A stretch of DNA of 23,589 nucleotides from a virus. Shown here in pieces: positions 15,167 through 23,539 of this stretch (positions are counted from its first letter, which is position 1; the number at the start of each line of letters is the position of its first letter). The notes under the pieces are model-generated. The model was given only the letters and a program-made list of their open reading frames with translations, had not been told where the DNA came from and did not search any database. Position numbers and translations under genes: made by a program. Location: the UHGV virus genome UHGV-0074613. One strand, 5' to 3'.

Positions 15167-15441
15167 GTATTGTAGAAATCATCATTGGTGTTATTGGCGC
15201 TATCTGTGTTGCCGCTGCTGGTGGGTTTGGTCTTGGCCACATTCGCGGTACCAGCAAAGCAGAAGCAAAAGCCGATCAACAACGCACTGAAGAAAACGCT
15301 GCGGCGAAGATTGCAGTGGCAGAACGTCAGGCAGAAGTAACCAGAGAGGCCAGCAATGTACAGCAGAGTGTTAACCATATGCCTGATGACGATGTTGATC
15401 GCGAGCTGCGCAAAAACTTCACCCGCCCCAGTGGTGGTTGA
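15163..15441 (+). CDS. i-spanin (Rz-like)
   Basis: N-terminal TM (IVEIIIGVIGAICVAAAGGFGLG) followed by charged periplasmic region; ATGA overlap with the endolysin stop. Confidence 0.6.
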   Translation: MSIVEIIIGVIGAICVAAAGGFGLGHIRGTSKAEAKADQQRTEENAAAKIAVAERQAEVTREASNVQQSVNHMPDDDVDRELRKNFTRPSGG

Positions 15442-15586
15442 TACCGGTTGCCTGTGGACCCGAATTATCTATCTGACCTACAGCGATATCGACGTGCTGG
15501 ATAAGCAGACGAAGCGCGACATTCTGGCACATAACAAAGCGTGGCAGGCGAATTGCCAGAAGGTGCAAGGAAATGAACATCAATAA
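15356..15586 (+). CDS. o-spanin (Rz1-like lipoprotein), overlapping the i-spanin 3' end
   Basis: Signal peptide with lipobox L-I-A-S-C (MYSRVLTICLMTMLIAS|C); SD AGAGAGG; 86-nt out-of-frame overlap with the i-spanin. Confidence 0.6.
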   Translation: MYSRVLTICLMTMLIASCAKTSPAPVVVDTGCLWTRIIYLTYSDIDVLDKQTKRDILAHNKAWQANCQKVQGNEHQ

Positions 15587-15815
15587 TGTTAACGCTGCTT
15601 CAATATTATGCGAGCAGCTTAAGGAGCTTGAAGGGCAATACTCACTCGTCGTCCGTGGGGAAGGGCTAGGCATAACGATTCAGAGTCGTTATCAGGATGA
15701 TGCTTTTGTTAATGCGGTACGTAGCAGCGTTACTGGGGAACTTAGCCGACGCATTGGAGCCGTTAAACATCAGCTTAAAGAACTAGGAATAACGTCATTT
15801 ACCAAAGAGCAGTAG
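15573..15815 (+). CDS. Hypothetical small protein (80 aa)
   Basis: ORF coupled to the o-spanin stop; no motif recognised. Confidence 0.4.
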   Translation: MNINNVNAASILCEQLKELEGQYSLVVRGEGLGITIQSRYQDDAFVNAVRSSVTGELSRRIGAVKHQLKELGITSFTKEQ

Positions 15816-15905
15816 CCATTACAAAGCTCATCTGCTGGTGGGCTTGATAATGGTTATCCCCGTAAGCGGATAATGCAATCAATATACCCTCTAAAGGATA
15901 AAACT

Positions 15906-16106
15906 ATGACACCATTAGTTCTGACAGCAGAGCAGATCAAATCCCTTGCAGAATTTGCAGAGCAGGAAGGTCAGCCGTTCTATACGATCGCCCACTCAAC
16001 CATTCCTGAGTTTGAATCAGAAAGTGGTGAAGTTGTTCCGGCATATGAAGGGCTGATTGCCTACTCCGAGTCAGAGGAACATGGCGTTCTTCAGCTCGAC
16101 GATTAA
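15906..16106 (+). CDS. Hypothetical small acidic protein (66 aa)
   Basis: ATG 15906 with SD AAGGAT; Glu-rich (EFAEQEGQ...EFESESGE...SESEEHG). Confidence 0.4.
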   Translation: MTPLVLTAEQIKSLAEFAEQEGQPFYTIAHSTIPEFESESGEVVPAYEGLIAYSESEEHGVLQLDD

Positions 16107-16360
16107 GCATTACAGCAGGCATTCACTGAGTGCCTGTGATAATGTCGAATTGTGGTAAATGCGCAGGCTGATGCGCAGCGCGTGGATGTGAAGCGAAGCA
16201 AGTCGTGCCGTTGGTTCCCTGCTAAGCGCCAACGGAATTCCGGGTTCAGCACCGGATACCACACCTAATTGAATTGTCAGTGGCTAGGGTAGCTCCTGAA
16301 AAGCGGCATCGTCACCGCCTGCCACTGATAACCTGACGAACAACTAAGACGAGGTTGTAG

Positions 16361-16738
16361 ATGAATGGTGAAGAATACCGCGCTTTGATAGCCACTCTTT
16401 TTGAAGAGTTAGTAATTGCAAATGGACTGATCAAGGAAATCTGCTCGGTACGAGAAATACCGATACCTGCTGCCTCTATGAAGAGAATGGACAATGCTAT
16501 TCATGAAGCAAGACATAAAATGTCTGATGGTTTCGAAAGAGATTGGATAAGCGTTGATGAAAGACTGCCGGAAAGCAAAGAGGGTCAGTGGTCGAAAGAG
16601 GTAATCGCGCTTAGTGATACTGGTGATGTGTTCAAACTATCCTGTATGGGAACTTACTGGCAGAGAACAACAGCGTTCATTGAATCGAGTTCCAGCAAGA
16701 TTACTCACTGGATGCCGCTGATATACCCCGATGATTAA
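16361..16738 (+). CDS. DUF551-like phage protein
   Basis: C-terminal ...ITHWMPLIYPDD resembles the DUF551 THWMPLP signature; SD GAGGT; followed by a strong terminator. Confidence 0.55.
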   Translation: MNGEEYRALIATLFEELVIANGLIKEICSVREIPIPAASMKRMDNAIHEARHKMSDGFERDWISVDERLPESKEGQWSKEVIALSDTGDVFKLSCMGTYWQRTTAFIESSSSKITHWMPLIYPDD

Positions 16739-16755
16739 AACAGAATGAAAAATAG

Positions 16756-16780
16756 AGGTCGCTTAGGCGACCTTTTTTAT
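16756..16780 (+). terminator. Intrinsic terminator after the DUF551 gene
   Basis: AGGTCGC-TTAG-GCGACCT hairpin followed by TTTTTT. Confidence 0.7.
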
Positions 16781-16898
16781 TGCGCTTCGCACGCGCATAT
16801 CGAAGAGAGTCTTTCAGTAGTGAGCCTGGGTAATGCCGTTAGGTTGCGTTTACCTCTCGGGCGGCGTTGCCGTGCGACAGGCTCACGTCTAAAAGGAA

Positions 16899-18362
16899 AT
16901 GCACATGCAGGTCACAATAGATGGTGTCCCGTATGCACCTGTCAATAATTCACACTCAGCGGTAGGGATCGCCATAACTACGCATAACAGACCTGATGTT
17001 CTTAAGCGTGCCATCGAGCAGCACATGAAGCATCTTCCGTCCGGTGCGCTGGTGGTCGTCATCGACGATGGCTCAAAGCCTCCCGCTGTTGTACCGGCTA
17101 ATGTAAAACTGGTTCGTCATGACCAATCATGCGGTATTGTCGCTTCGAAGAACGCCAGCCTGACCGCACTGGTGGATGCCGGGTGTGAGCATCTCTTCCT
17201 ATGGGATGATGACGCGTGGCCCATCGCCGATAACTGGCATCTTCCCTACATCGAATCTCCCGAGCCGCACCTGGCTTACCAGTTTCTCGATCTTGCTGGG
17301 CCGAGAAAGCTTAATGATATGGCCGTGCTGTACCGGGATGATAAGCACATCGCTTACACCGGACAACGCGGTGTGATGCTGTATTACCACCGCAGCGCTA
17401 TTGAGAAGGTTGGCGGTTTCGATCCGGTTTATGGTCGCGGCATGTACGAGCATCCAGATCTGGCGCTACGCATTCACAATGCCGGTTTATCGACCTGGGC
17501 GTTCGCTGATGTGGTCGGATCTGAAAAACTGATTCATTCAATGGATGAGCACGAAGAGGGTACGCGCTCAATTCCACGACCTGACCGAGAGGCGCTGGTA
17601 AAAAGAAACGTTGGCATATTCAATGCTCGCCGTGACAGCGGTTATACAGGCTTTTCCTCTTATAGCAGAAATCCAAATCTGGTGATTACGACGCTACTCA
17701 CAAGCCAGCCAGACCCACAGCGCGGCGGAAAGATGAAACCCGACCCGCAGGTTCTGCAATCATGGGCTGACTCAATATCCGGCGCACTACCAATTGTCTT
17801 GGCTGACGAATTGAAAGAGTCGCCAACTGGTGCTGGTTTAAGTGAAGTCCCGCTGGTGGACATGAGCCCATACTTTGCTCGCTGGCTTCACATCTATCAG
17901 TTTCTACGTGCGCACCCTGAGTATCACCTTGTCTGGTGCACTGATGGTACTGACGTTGAAATGTTGCGAGAGCCCTGGGCAGAAATGCAGTCGGGTAAAA
18001 TTTACGTTGGCTCAGAGCACAAGACGTATTCCGACGAATGGATGAAAGCAAATCACCACGGCAAGGCGTATAGCGATTTCATCGAGCAACATCGCGATGA
18101 ACCACTGCTAAATGCTGGCTTGTTAGGTGGTAACCGTGAAGACGTTATGGAGTTCGCGCATCGTATCATTCGTCAGTATTACCTGATTGAAAGTCATCGC
18201 TTCTGGAAGATTGAAAGAGCGCCTGAAACGAAGGTTGATATGGGTGCATTCGGCATGGTGGCGAAGTCATTTGGAGACAAGGTTATTACCGGGCCCAAGG
18301 TTCACACCATCTTCAAGTCTGAAGGCGTTGGCAAGGAGTTGGCATGGTGGATGCACAAGTAA
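16899..18362 (+). CDS. Cytoplasmic glycosyltransferase, family 2-like GT-A domain with additional C-terminal domain (487 aa)
   Basis: N-terminal VGIAITTHNRPDVLKRAIEQ...VVVIDDGS...WDDDAW (GT2 Rossmann start and DxD-type acidic motif); no hydrophobic TM segment; C-terminal half has a second TDGTD acidic motif. ATG 16905 is the more likely start (SD AAAGGA). Confidence 0.7.
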   Translation: MHMQVTIDGVPYAPVNNSHSAVGIAITTHNRPDVLKRAIEQHMKHLPSGALVVVIDDGSKPPAVVPANVKLVRHDQSCGIVASKNASLTALVDAGCEHLFLWDDDAWPIADNWHLPYIESPEPHLAYQFLDLAGPRKLNDMAVLYRDDKHIAYTGQRGVMLYYHRSAIEKVGGFDPVYGRGMYEHPDLALRIHNAGLSTWAFADVVGSEKLIHSMDEHEEGTRSIPRPDREALVKRNVGIFNARRDSGYTGFSSYSRNPNLVITTLLTSQPDPQRGGKMKPDPQVLQSWADSISGALPIVLADELKESPTGAGLSEVPLVDMSPYFARWLHIYQFLRAHPEYHLVWCTDGTDVEMLREPWAEMQSGKIYVGSEHKTYSDEWMKANHHGKAYSDFIEQHRDEPLLNAGLLGGNREDVMEFAHRIIRQYYLIESHRFWKIERAPETKVDMGAFGMVAKSFGDKVITGPKVHTIFKSEGVGKELAWWMHK

Positions 18363-18937
18363 AGTTTGTGGTTGTTGGTCACCATCTGCGCCACAAACAA
18401 GCATTAATTCTGGCTGAGTCGATAGGTGCATTACTGCTTATCGACACGGGAGATAACGGTGCTAACTGGAATCACCGCCGCGCTCTTGAATGGGCAGAAG
18501 AGCAGTCTTGCCGAGTGGTCATTTTAGAAGACGATGCAATTCCAGTTGATGGGTTCACCAACAAACTCGTTAAGTGGATTGAGCGCTTCCCTGATGCACT
18601 GGTTTCTTTCTATCTCGGTACTGGTCGTCCTCCACAATATCAACTCGATATAGCATCAAAGCTAATCGCAGCAGATAAGAGCAGAACTGATTACATAACA
18701 CTTTCACGTCTGATCCATGGCGTCTGCTACAGCGTACCGCATCAGCATATCAAGCGAGTTCTTGATAAATGGAACCACGGCAAAGCAGCAGATTATGCAG
18801 TAGGTGATGCTTATGGTGGCCCTGTTGTTTATCCATGCTACTCGCTCGTTGACCATGCTGACGGACAGCCGGTAGAACCAGCGCGAGACAACCAGCCACG
18901 TACAGAACGCCGAAGAGCATGGAGGTTACATGTCTAA
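18344..18937 (+). CDS. Putative glycosyltransferase, family 25-like
   Basis: GANWNHRRALEWAEEQSCRVVILEDDAIPVDGF resembles the GT25 (Lic2A/LgtB-type) G..SH...W + ILEDD core; start overlaps the GT2 stop, stop overlaps the HNH start. Confidence 0.5.
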   Translation: MVDAQVKFVVVGHHLRHKQALILAESIGALLLIDTGDNGANWNHRRALEWAEEQSCRVVILEDDAIPVDGFTNKLVKWIERFPDALVSFYLGTGRPPQYQLDIASKLIAADKSRTDYITLSRLIHGVCYSVPHQHIKRVLDKWNHGKAADYAVGDAYGGPVVYPCYSLVDHADGQPVEPARDNQPRTERRRAWRLHV

Positions 18938-19298
18938 ACTAAAGACACTACAGCCACGCCTTAAAGCTATCGACACGCGGCGCATCAAACCTATCTATGG
19001 TGAGCATCGTCGAGTCAGTGGCAGTGCCAGGGTAAGCCTGAAGCGACGTATCTATGTTCGCGACGGTGGTCATTGCTGCATGTGCAAGCGAGTAGTAGAC
19101 CTGCATGACAGTGAGCTTGACCACCGCATTGCTCTACAGTTCGGCGGTGACAACGATGAGCGCAACCTTTGGACGCTGTGCATCGAGTGTCATTCAGGTA
19201 AGTCATCGCGAGAAGCATCAATGAACCAGCCTGATGGTGAGGCTCTGAAGCACTCTGTGCCGAAAGATAAATCACAATCTGGCATCGTAATTCTCTGA
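18930..19298 (+). CDS. HNH endonuclease (packaging-associated)
   Basis: CCMCKRVVDLHDSELDHRIALQFGGDNDERNLWTLCIECH is an HNH motif with zinc-binding Cys pairs; immediately upstream of the candidate cos and TerS. Confidence 0.85.
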   Translation: MSKLKTLQPRLKAIDTRRIKPIYGEHRRVSGSARVSLKRRIYVRDGGHCCMCKRVVDLHDSELDHRIALQFGGDNDERNLWTLCIECHSGKSSREASMNQPDGEALKHSVPKDKSQSGIVIL

Positions 19299-19304
19299 CC
19301 AAAC

Positions 19305-19367
19305 ACCGGGGGGGTATCAGTGGGTGTCAACGCCGATCGCGCTGGACACCGCGCCCCCTCTCACGCG
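19305..19367. other. Candidate cos/packaging site
   Basis: GC-rich block between HNH and TerS: G7 run (19308-19314), imperfect two-fold symmetry GGTGTC...CGATCG...GACACC (19323-19350), C5 run (19354-19358). Confidence 0.35.
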
Positions 19368-19398
19368 TAGAAAAAATTCCCTTTTGGAGGGTGTTAAC

Positions 19399-19881
19399 GT
19401 GTTAACAGGACAGAAGCGCAAGTTCGCACAGGCGCGGATGTCCGGTTCATCCCAGGCTGAAGCAGCCCGTAAGGCCGGTTACTCCGAGAAAACCGCAAGG
19501 TCTCAGGGTTCACGGCTGGCAAAAGACCCGGATATCATCGCTTACATTGAAAAAAATGGAGCAGGTGATAAGCCTTCAAAATTTGTTGGGCTGCCAATTC
19601 CTCCATCAGCGAAGGTGGGAAAAGATCTACCCATGGAGGTAGAGCCAGTACCGACCCTGAACAAATATGAAGATCCTCTTGAATTCCTGAAATCTGTCAT
19701 GAATGACCCAACTCTTGAACTTGATGACAGAAAAGACGCAGCGAAGGCGATGCTTCCATACATTCATCAGAAAAAAGGTGAGGGTGGGAAAAAGGAAGCG
19801 AAAGGCGCAGCCGCAAAAAATGCAGCCAATAAGTTTGCCGTTCCTGCACCGCCGAAACTTGTTGTAAACAACCGGGGGTGA
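19399..19881 (+). CDS. Terminase small subunit
   Basis: HTH-containing N-terminus KRKFAQARMSGSSQAEAARKAGYSEKTARSQGSRLAKDPDIIAYIE typical of small terminase subunits; GTG 19399 with SD GGAGGG; directly upstream of TerL. In-frame GTG at 19324 gives a longer alternative. Confidence 0.75.
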   Translation: MLTGQKRKFAQARMSGSSQAEAARKAGYSEKTARSQGSRLAKDPDIIAYIEKNGAGDKPSKFVGLPIPPSAKVGKDLPMEVEPVPTLNKYEDPLEFLKSVMNDPTLELDDRKDAAKAMLPYIHQKKGEGGKKEAKGAAAKNAANKFAVPAPPKLVVNNRG

Positions 19882-19884
19882 TTA

Positions 19885-21543
19885 ATGCCAGAATGGACTA
19901 CAGCATGCCCTGACTGGAGTGAACGACTTAAGCGCGGTGATTCGATAATTCCACCACCGATTTATCCTGAACAGGCAGAGATAGCGCTTAATATTTTCAA
20001 GCAACTGAAAATAGTTGATGCGCCAGGCTCTCCAACGTTTGGTGAGTCGTGTGCCAATTGGGTGTTTGATCTGGTTGCGGCGCTTTTCGGTTCGTACGAT
20101 GCCGAAACAGGAAGGCGGCATATCACGGAAGTTTTCGTACTAATACCGAAAAAAAACAGTAAATCTACACTTGCTGCCGGAATTATGATGACGGCACTGC
20201 TTCTCAACTGGCGACAAGCTGCCGGCTACACAATTATTGCCCCAACTGTAGAAGTAGCAACGAACGCATTTAACCCCGCTCGCGATATGGTTAAGCGTGA
20301 TGATGACCTTGATGATCTTTGCCAGGTACAAACCCATATTAGGACCATTACTCACCTGGTGAGCGATACCACGCTGAAGGTTGTTGCAGCAGATGCAAAC
20401 ACTGTTTCTGGGATTAAATCAGTAGGAACGCTGATTGATGAACTTTGGCTATTCGGAAAGCAGGCAAATGCGGAGGATTTACTTCGTGAAGCGATAGGTG
20501 GTTTGGCATCTCGTCCTGAAGGATTCGTGATGTACACTACTACGCAATCAAACGAACCTCCAGCCGGTGTTTTTAAACAAAAACTTCAGTACGCTCGCGA
20601 CGTTAGAGACGGGAAAATTATTGATCCAAACTTTCTTCCCGTTATTTTCGAACACCCGCCAGAAATGGTTGCCAACGGCGATCACCTTCTTCTTGAAAAT
20701 ATGCCGATGGTTAACCCTAACTTGGGGTATTCGGTCGATGAGCAGTTTCTTAATCGTGAGTTTAGGAAAGCCAAAGAAGCAGGAGAAGAAGCATTTCGTG
20801 GATTCATGGCAAAGCACGCGAACATAGAGATTGGTTTGGCGTTACGTGCTGACCGATGGGCAGGTGCTGATTTCTGGGAGCAACAAGCAGAAAGGGTAAG
20901 TTTTGAAGAAATTATTCAACGCAGCGAGGTCATCACGGTTGGTATTGATGGTGGTGGTCTTGATGACCTACTTGGACTGTCAATAACCGGCAGAGATAAA
21001 GACACGCGAAAATGGATATCCTGGAGCCATGCTTGGGCCCACGAAATTATGCTTGAACGCCGTAAAAGCGAGATATCGAAACTGCGTGATTTTGAAAAGG
21101 CCGGAGACTTCACCATTGTGAAGCGAGTTGGTCAGGACACAGAGCAAGTTGCAGAGTACGTCAGCAGAATTTATGAAGCTGATTTGCTGGATAAGATTGG
21201 TATTGACCCGGCAGGCGTTGGGCAAATTCTGGATGCACTGGTTGAGGCAGGAATCCCTCCTGAACTGGTAGTCGGTATCAGTCAGGGCTGGCGACTTGGC
21301 GGCGCGATAATGACTACCGAGCGAAAACTTGCTGAAGGCGTCCTGATCCACGGCGGTCAGCCGATGATGGCCTGGTGCGTTGGTAACGCAAGGGTAGAAC
21401 CTAAGGGTAACGCCATCCTGATTACCAAGCAGGCCAGTGGGAAGGGGAAAATTGACCCCCTTATGGCGCTATTTAATGCCGTCTCGTTAATGGCACTGAA
21501 TCCAGAGGCGAAGAAACAAGATTACCAGGTATTTTTCATATAA
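19885..21543 (+). CDS. Terminase large subunit
   Basis: 552 aa; Walker-A-like PKKNSKST; size and position immediately after TerS; SD GGGGGTGA. Confidence 0.85.
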   Translation: MPEWTTACPDWSERLKRGDSIIPPPIYPEQAEIALNIFKQLKIVDAPGSPTFGESCANWVFDLVAALFGSYDAETGRRHITEVFVLIPKKNSKSTLAAGIMMTALLLNWRQAAGYTIIAPTVEVATNAFNPARDMVKRDDDLDDLCQVQTHIRTITHLVSDTTLKVVAADANTVSGIKSVGTLIDELWLFGKQANAEDLLREAIGGLASRPEGFVMYTTTQSNEPPAGVFKQKLQYARDVRDGKIIDPNFLPVIFEHPPEMVANGDHLLLENMPMVNPNLGYSVDEQFLNREFRKAKEAGEEAFRGFMAKHANIEIGLALRADRWAGADFWEQQAERVSFEEIIQRSEVITVGIDGGGLDDLLGLSITGRDKDTRKWISWSHAWAHEIMLERRKSEISKLRDFEKAGDFTIVKRVGQDTEQVAEYVSRIYEADLLDKIGIDPAGVGQILDALVEAGIPPELVVGISQGWRLGGAIMTTERKLAEGVLIHGGQPMMAWCVGNARVEPKGNAILITKQASGKGKIDPLMALFNAVSLMALNPEAKKQDYQVFFI

Positions 21544-21561
21544 CACACACGTCAGTTAATG

Positions 21562-21587
21562 ACCCGCTACGGCGGGTTTTTTCGTTT
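21562..21587 (+). terminator. Intrinsic terminator between TerL and the capsid gene
   Basis: CCCGC-TACG-GCGGG hairpin followed by TTTTTTCGTTT. Confidence 0.6.
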
Positions 21588-21601
21588 CTGGAGGACAGAA
21601 A

Positions 21602-23539
21602 ATGAAGCTTGACCGCGCATGTACCATCATGACGGTGAAAGCGGTGGATGAGGATAAACGGATTATCACCGGCATTGCCTCCACACCATCACCAGACCGT
21701 GACGGCGACATTATGGAGCCTGACGGCGCGAAGTTTGGCAGTGAAAACCCGTTTTTATGGCAGCACGACAGGTCTCAGCCCATCGGTAATTGCTCGGCGA
21801 AAAAGGTGAAAGAGGGGCTGCAAATTACAGCTCAACTTGTTAAGCCAACACCTGATATGCCATCGCAGCTGGTGGCCAGACTTGAAGAAGCGTGGGCATC
21901 AATTAAGTCAGGACTTGTAAAAGGTCTGTCGATTGGTTTTAAGCCCATCAAATACGCTTATCTCGACTCTGGCGGCATTCAATTCCTCGAATGGGAGTTA
22001 CTAGAAGTCTCTGCCGTAACCATTCCCGCTAATTCTGAGTGTTCAATTCAGACAGTTAAATCTTTTGACCGCCAGTTACTCGCCGCGCTTGGCAATGAGA
22101 AACGCGTGGTTAAAGCAAATCAATCCGCTGGCGCTACAGCACAAAAACAAACTTCTCAAAAAGGAAAACCAACGATGAATATCGCTGAACAGATCAAAAG
22201 TTTTGAAAACAAGCGTGCAGCGCTGGCCGCTTTACTGAATGACATCATGAGCAAAGCTGCTGATGAAGGTCGCACTCTGGATGTAGAAGAAACTGAAAGC
22301 TACGACAACACCTCTACGGAAATCAAATCGGTAGACGAACACCTGAAACGCCTTCGTGACATGGAAGCCAGCATGGCATCAACCGCGAAGCCGGTGACCA
22401 AAACTGCAAACGGTGAAGTTACTGTGATTAATAACGGGCCGTCCATCATTCGCGTAGAGCCGAAACTGGAAAAAGGTATCGCTTTTGCCCGTTTCGCAAA
22501 GTCACTGGCCGCTGGTAACGGTAGCCGATCTGAAGCCCTGCAGATTGCGAAAAACCAGTATCCTGATGACACTAAACTTCATCATGTCCTGAAAGCGGCG
22601 GTTAGTGCCGGTACTACTACAGACCCGACCTGGGCTGGCGCACTGGTAGAATACCAGGATTACGCACAGGACTTCGTTGAATTCCTGCGTCCGCAGACCA
22701 TTATTGGTCGCTTTGGTCAGGGTAATATCCCTTCTCTTCGTCAGGTTCCATTCAACGTTCGTATTCCAGCGCAAACCTCAGGCGGTTCAGCAAGCTGGGT
22801 AGGTCAGGGTAAAGCAAAACCTCTGACTAAATTTGACTTTGCCACCATCACCTTCGGTTTCTCCAAAGTGGCATCTATCGCAGTGTTGACCGAAGAACTG
22901 ATCCGCTTCTCTAACCCATCTGCTGATGCTCTGGTGCGAAATGCACTGGCAGAAGCGGTGATCGCGCGACTGGATACAGACTTCATTGACCCTGCTAAAG
23001 CGGCGGTCGCTGATGTTTCTCCGGCATCTATCACCAATGGCATCACTGCTATTCCTTCTACCGGTGATCCTGATACTGATGCTTCTGCAGCATTTGGTCA
23101 GTTCATTACGAACAACCTGCAGCCGAATGGTGCGGTATGGCTGATGTCCAGCACTACGGCACTTACTCTGTCTATGCGTAAAAACGCGCTTGGTCAGAAA
23201 GAATACCCGGATATGACCATGCTGGGCGGTACGTTCCAGGGCTTGCCGGTGATCGTTTCACAGTACGTTGGCAACCAATTGGTACTGGTTAACGCACCAG
23301 ATGTTTATCTGGCAGATGATGGTGGCGTCGCCGTTGATATGTCTCGCGAAGCTTCTCTGGAAATGCAGAGCGCTCCGACCCACGACAGCACAACGCCAAC
23401 TCCAGTTGAATTGGTTTCGATGTTCCAGACTAACAGCGTGGCAATTCGTGCTGAGCGCTGGATTAACTGGAAACGCCGCCGTGATGCAGCCGTAGCTGTT
23501 ATTTCTGACGTTGATTACAGCACTGGTTCAACCAGCTAA
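21602..23539 (+). CDS. Fused prohead protease (HK97/S78-like) - scaffold/delta - major capsid protein
   Basis: N-terminus ITGIASTPSPDRDGDIMEPDGAKF...FLWQHD...PIGN...LSIGF resembles HK97-family prohead protease; followed by an Ala/Gln-rich linker, a coiled-coil delta-like segment and about 400 aa of capsid-like sequence; SD GGAGGA. Confidence 0.7.
   Translation: MKLDRACTIMTVKAVDEDKRIITGIASTPSPDRDGDIMEPDGAKFGSENPFLWQHDRSQPIGNCSAKKVKEGLQITAQLVKPTPDMPSQLVARLEEAWASIKSGLVKGLSIGFKPIKYAYLDSGGIQFLEWELLEVSAVTIPANSECSIQTVKSFDRQLLAALGNEKRVVKANQSAGATAQKQTSQKGKPTMNIAEQIKSFENKRAALAALLNDIMSKAADEGRTLDVEETESYDNTSTEIKSVDEHLKRLRDMEASMASTAKPVTKTANGEVTVINNGPSIIRVEPKLEKGIAFARFAKSLAAGNGSRSEALQIAKNQYPDDTKLHHVLKAAVSAGTTTDPTWAGALVEYQDYAQDFVEFLRPQTIIGRFGQGNIPSLRQVPFNVRIPAQTSGGSASWVGQGKAKPLTKFDFATITFGFSKVASIAVLTEELIRFSNPSADALVRNALAEAVIARLDTDFIDPAKAAVADVSPASITNGITAIPSTGDPDTDASAAFGQFITNNLQPNGAVWLMSSTTALTLSMRKNALGQKEYPDMTMLGGTFQGLPVIVSQYVGNQLVLVNAPDVYLADDGGVAVDMSREASLEMQSAPTHDSTTPTPVELVSMFQTNSVAIRAERWINWKRRRDAAVAVISDVDYSTGSTS

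Noticed and set aside
15163-15586. i-spanin and o-spanin ORFs as one frameshifted Rz gene
   Set aside because: The second ORF has its own SD and a canonical lipoprotein signal peptide with lipobox, which fits an overlapped two-gene spanin arrangement.
16745-16948. 67-aa plus-strand ORF spanning the DUF551 terminator
   Set aside because: It covers the hairpin/U-tract terminator and the structured leader of the GT operon, and its composition is Arg/Cys-rich. More likely non-coding.
17660-18051. Minus-strand ORFs inside the GT2 gene, and similar antisense ORFs in TerL (20140-21351) and the capsid gene (22300-23046)
   Set aside because: All are antisense to long, motif-supported CDSs and lack start signals.
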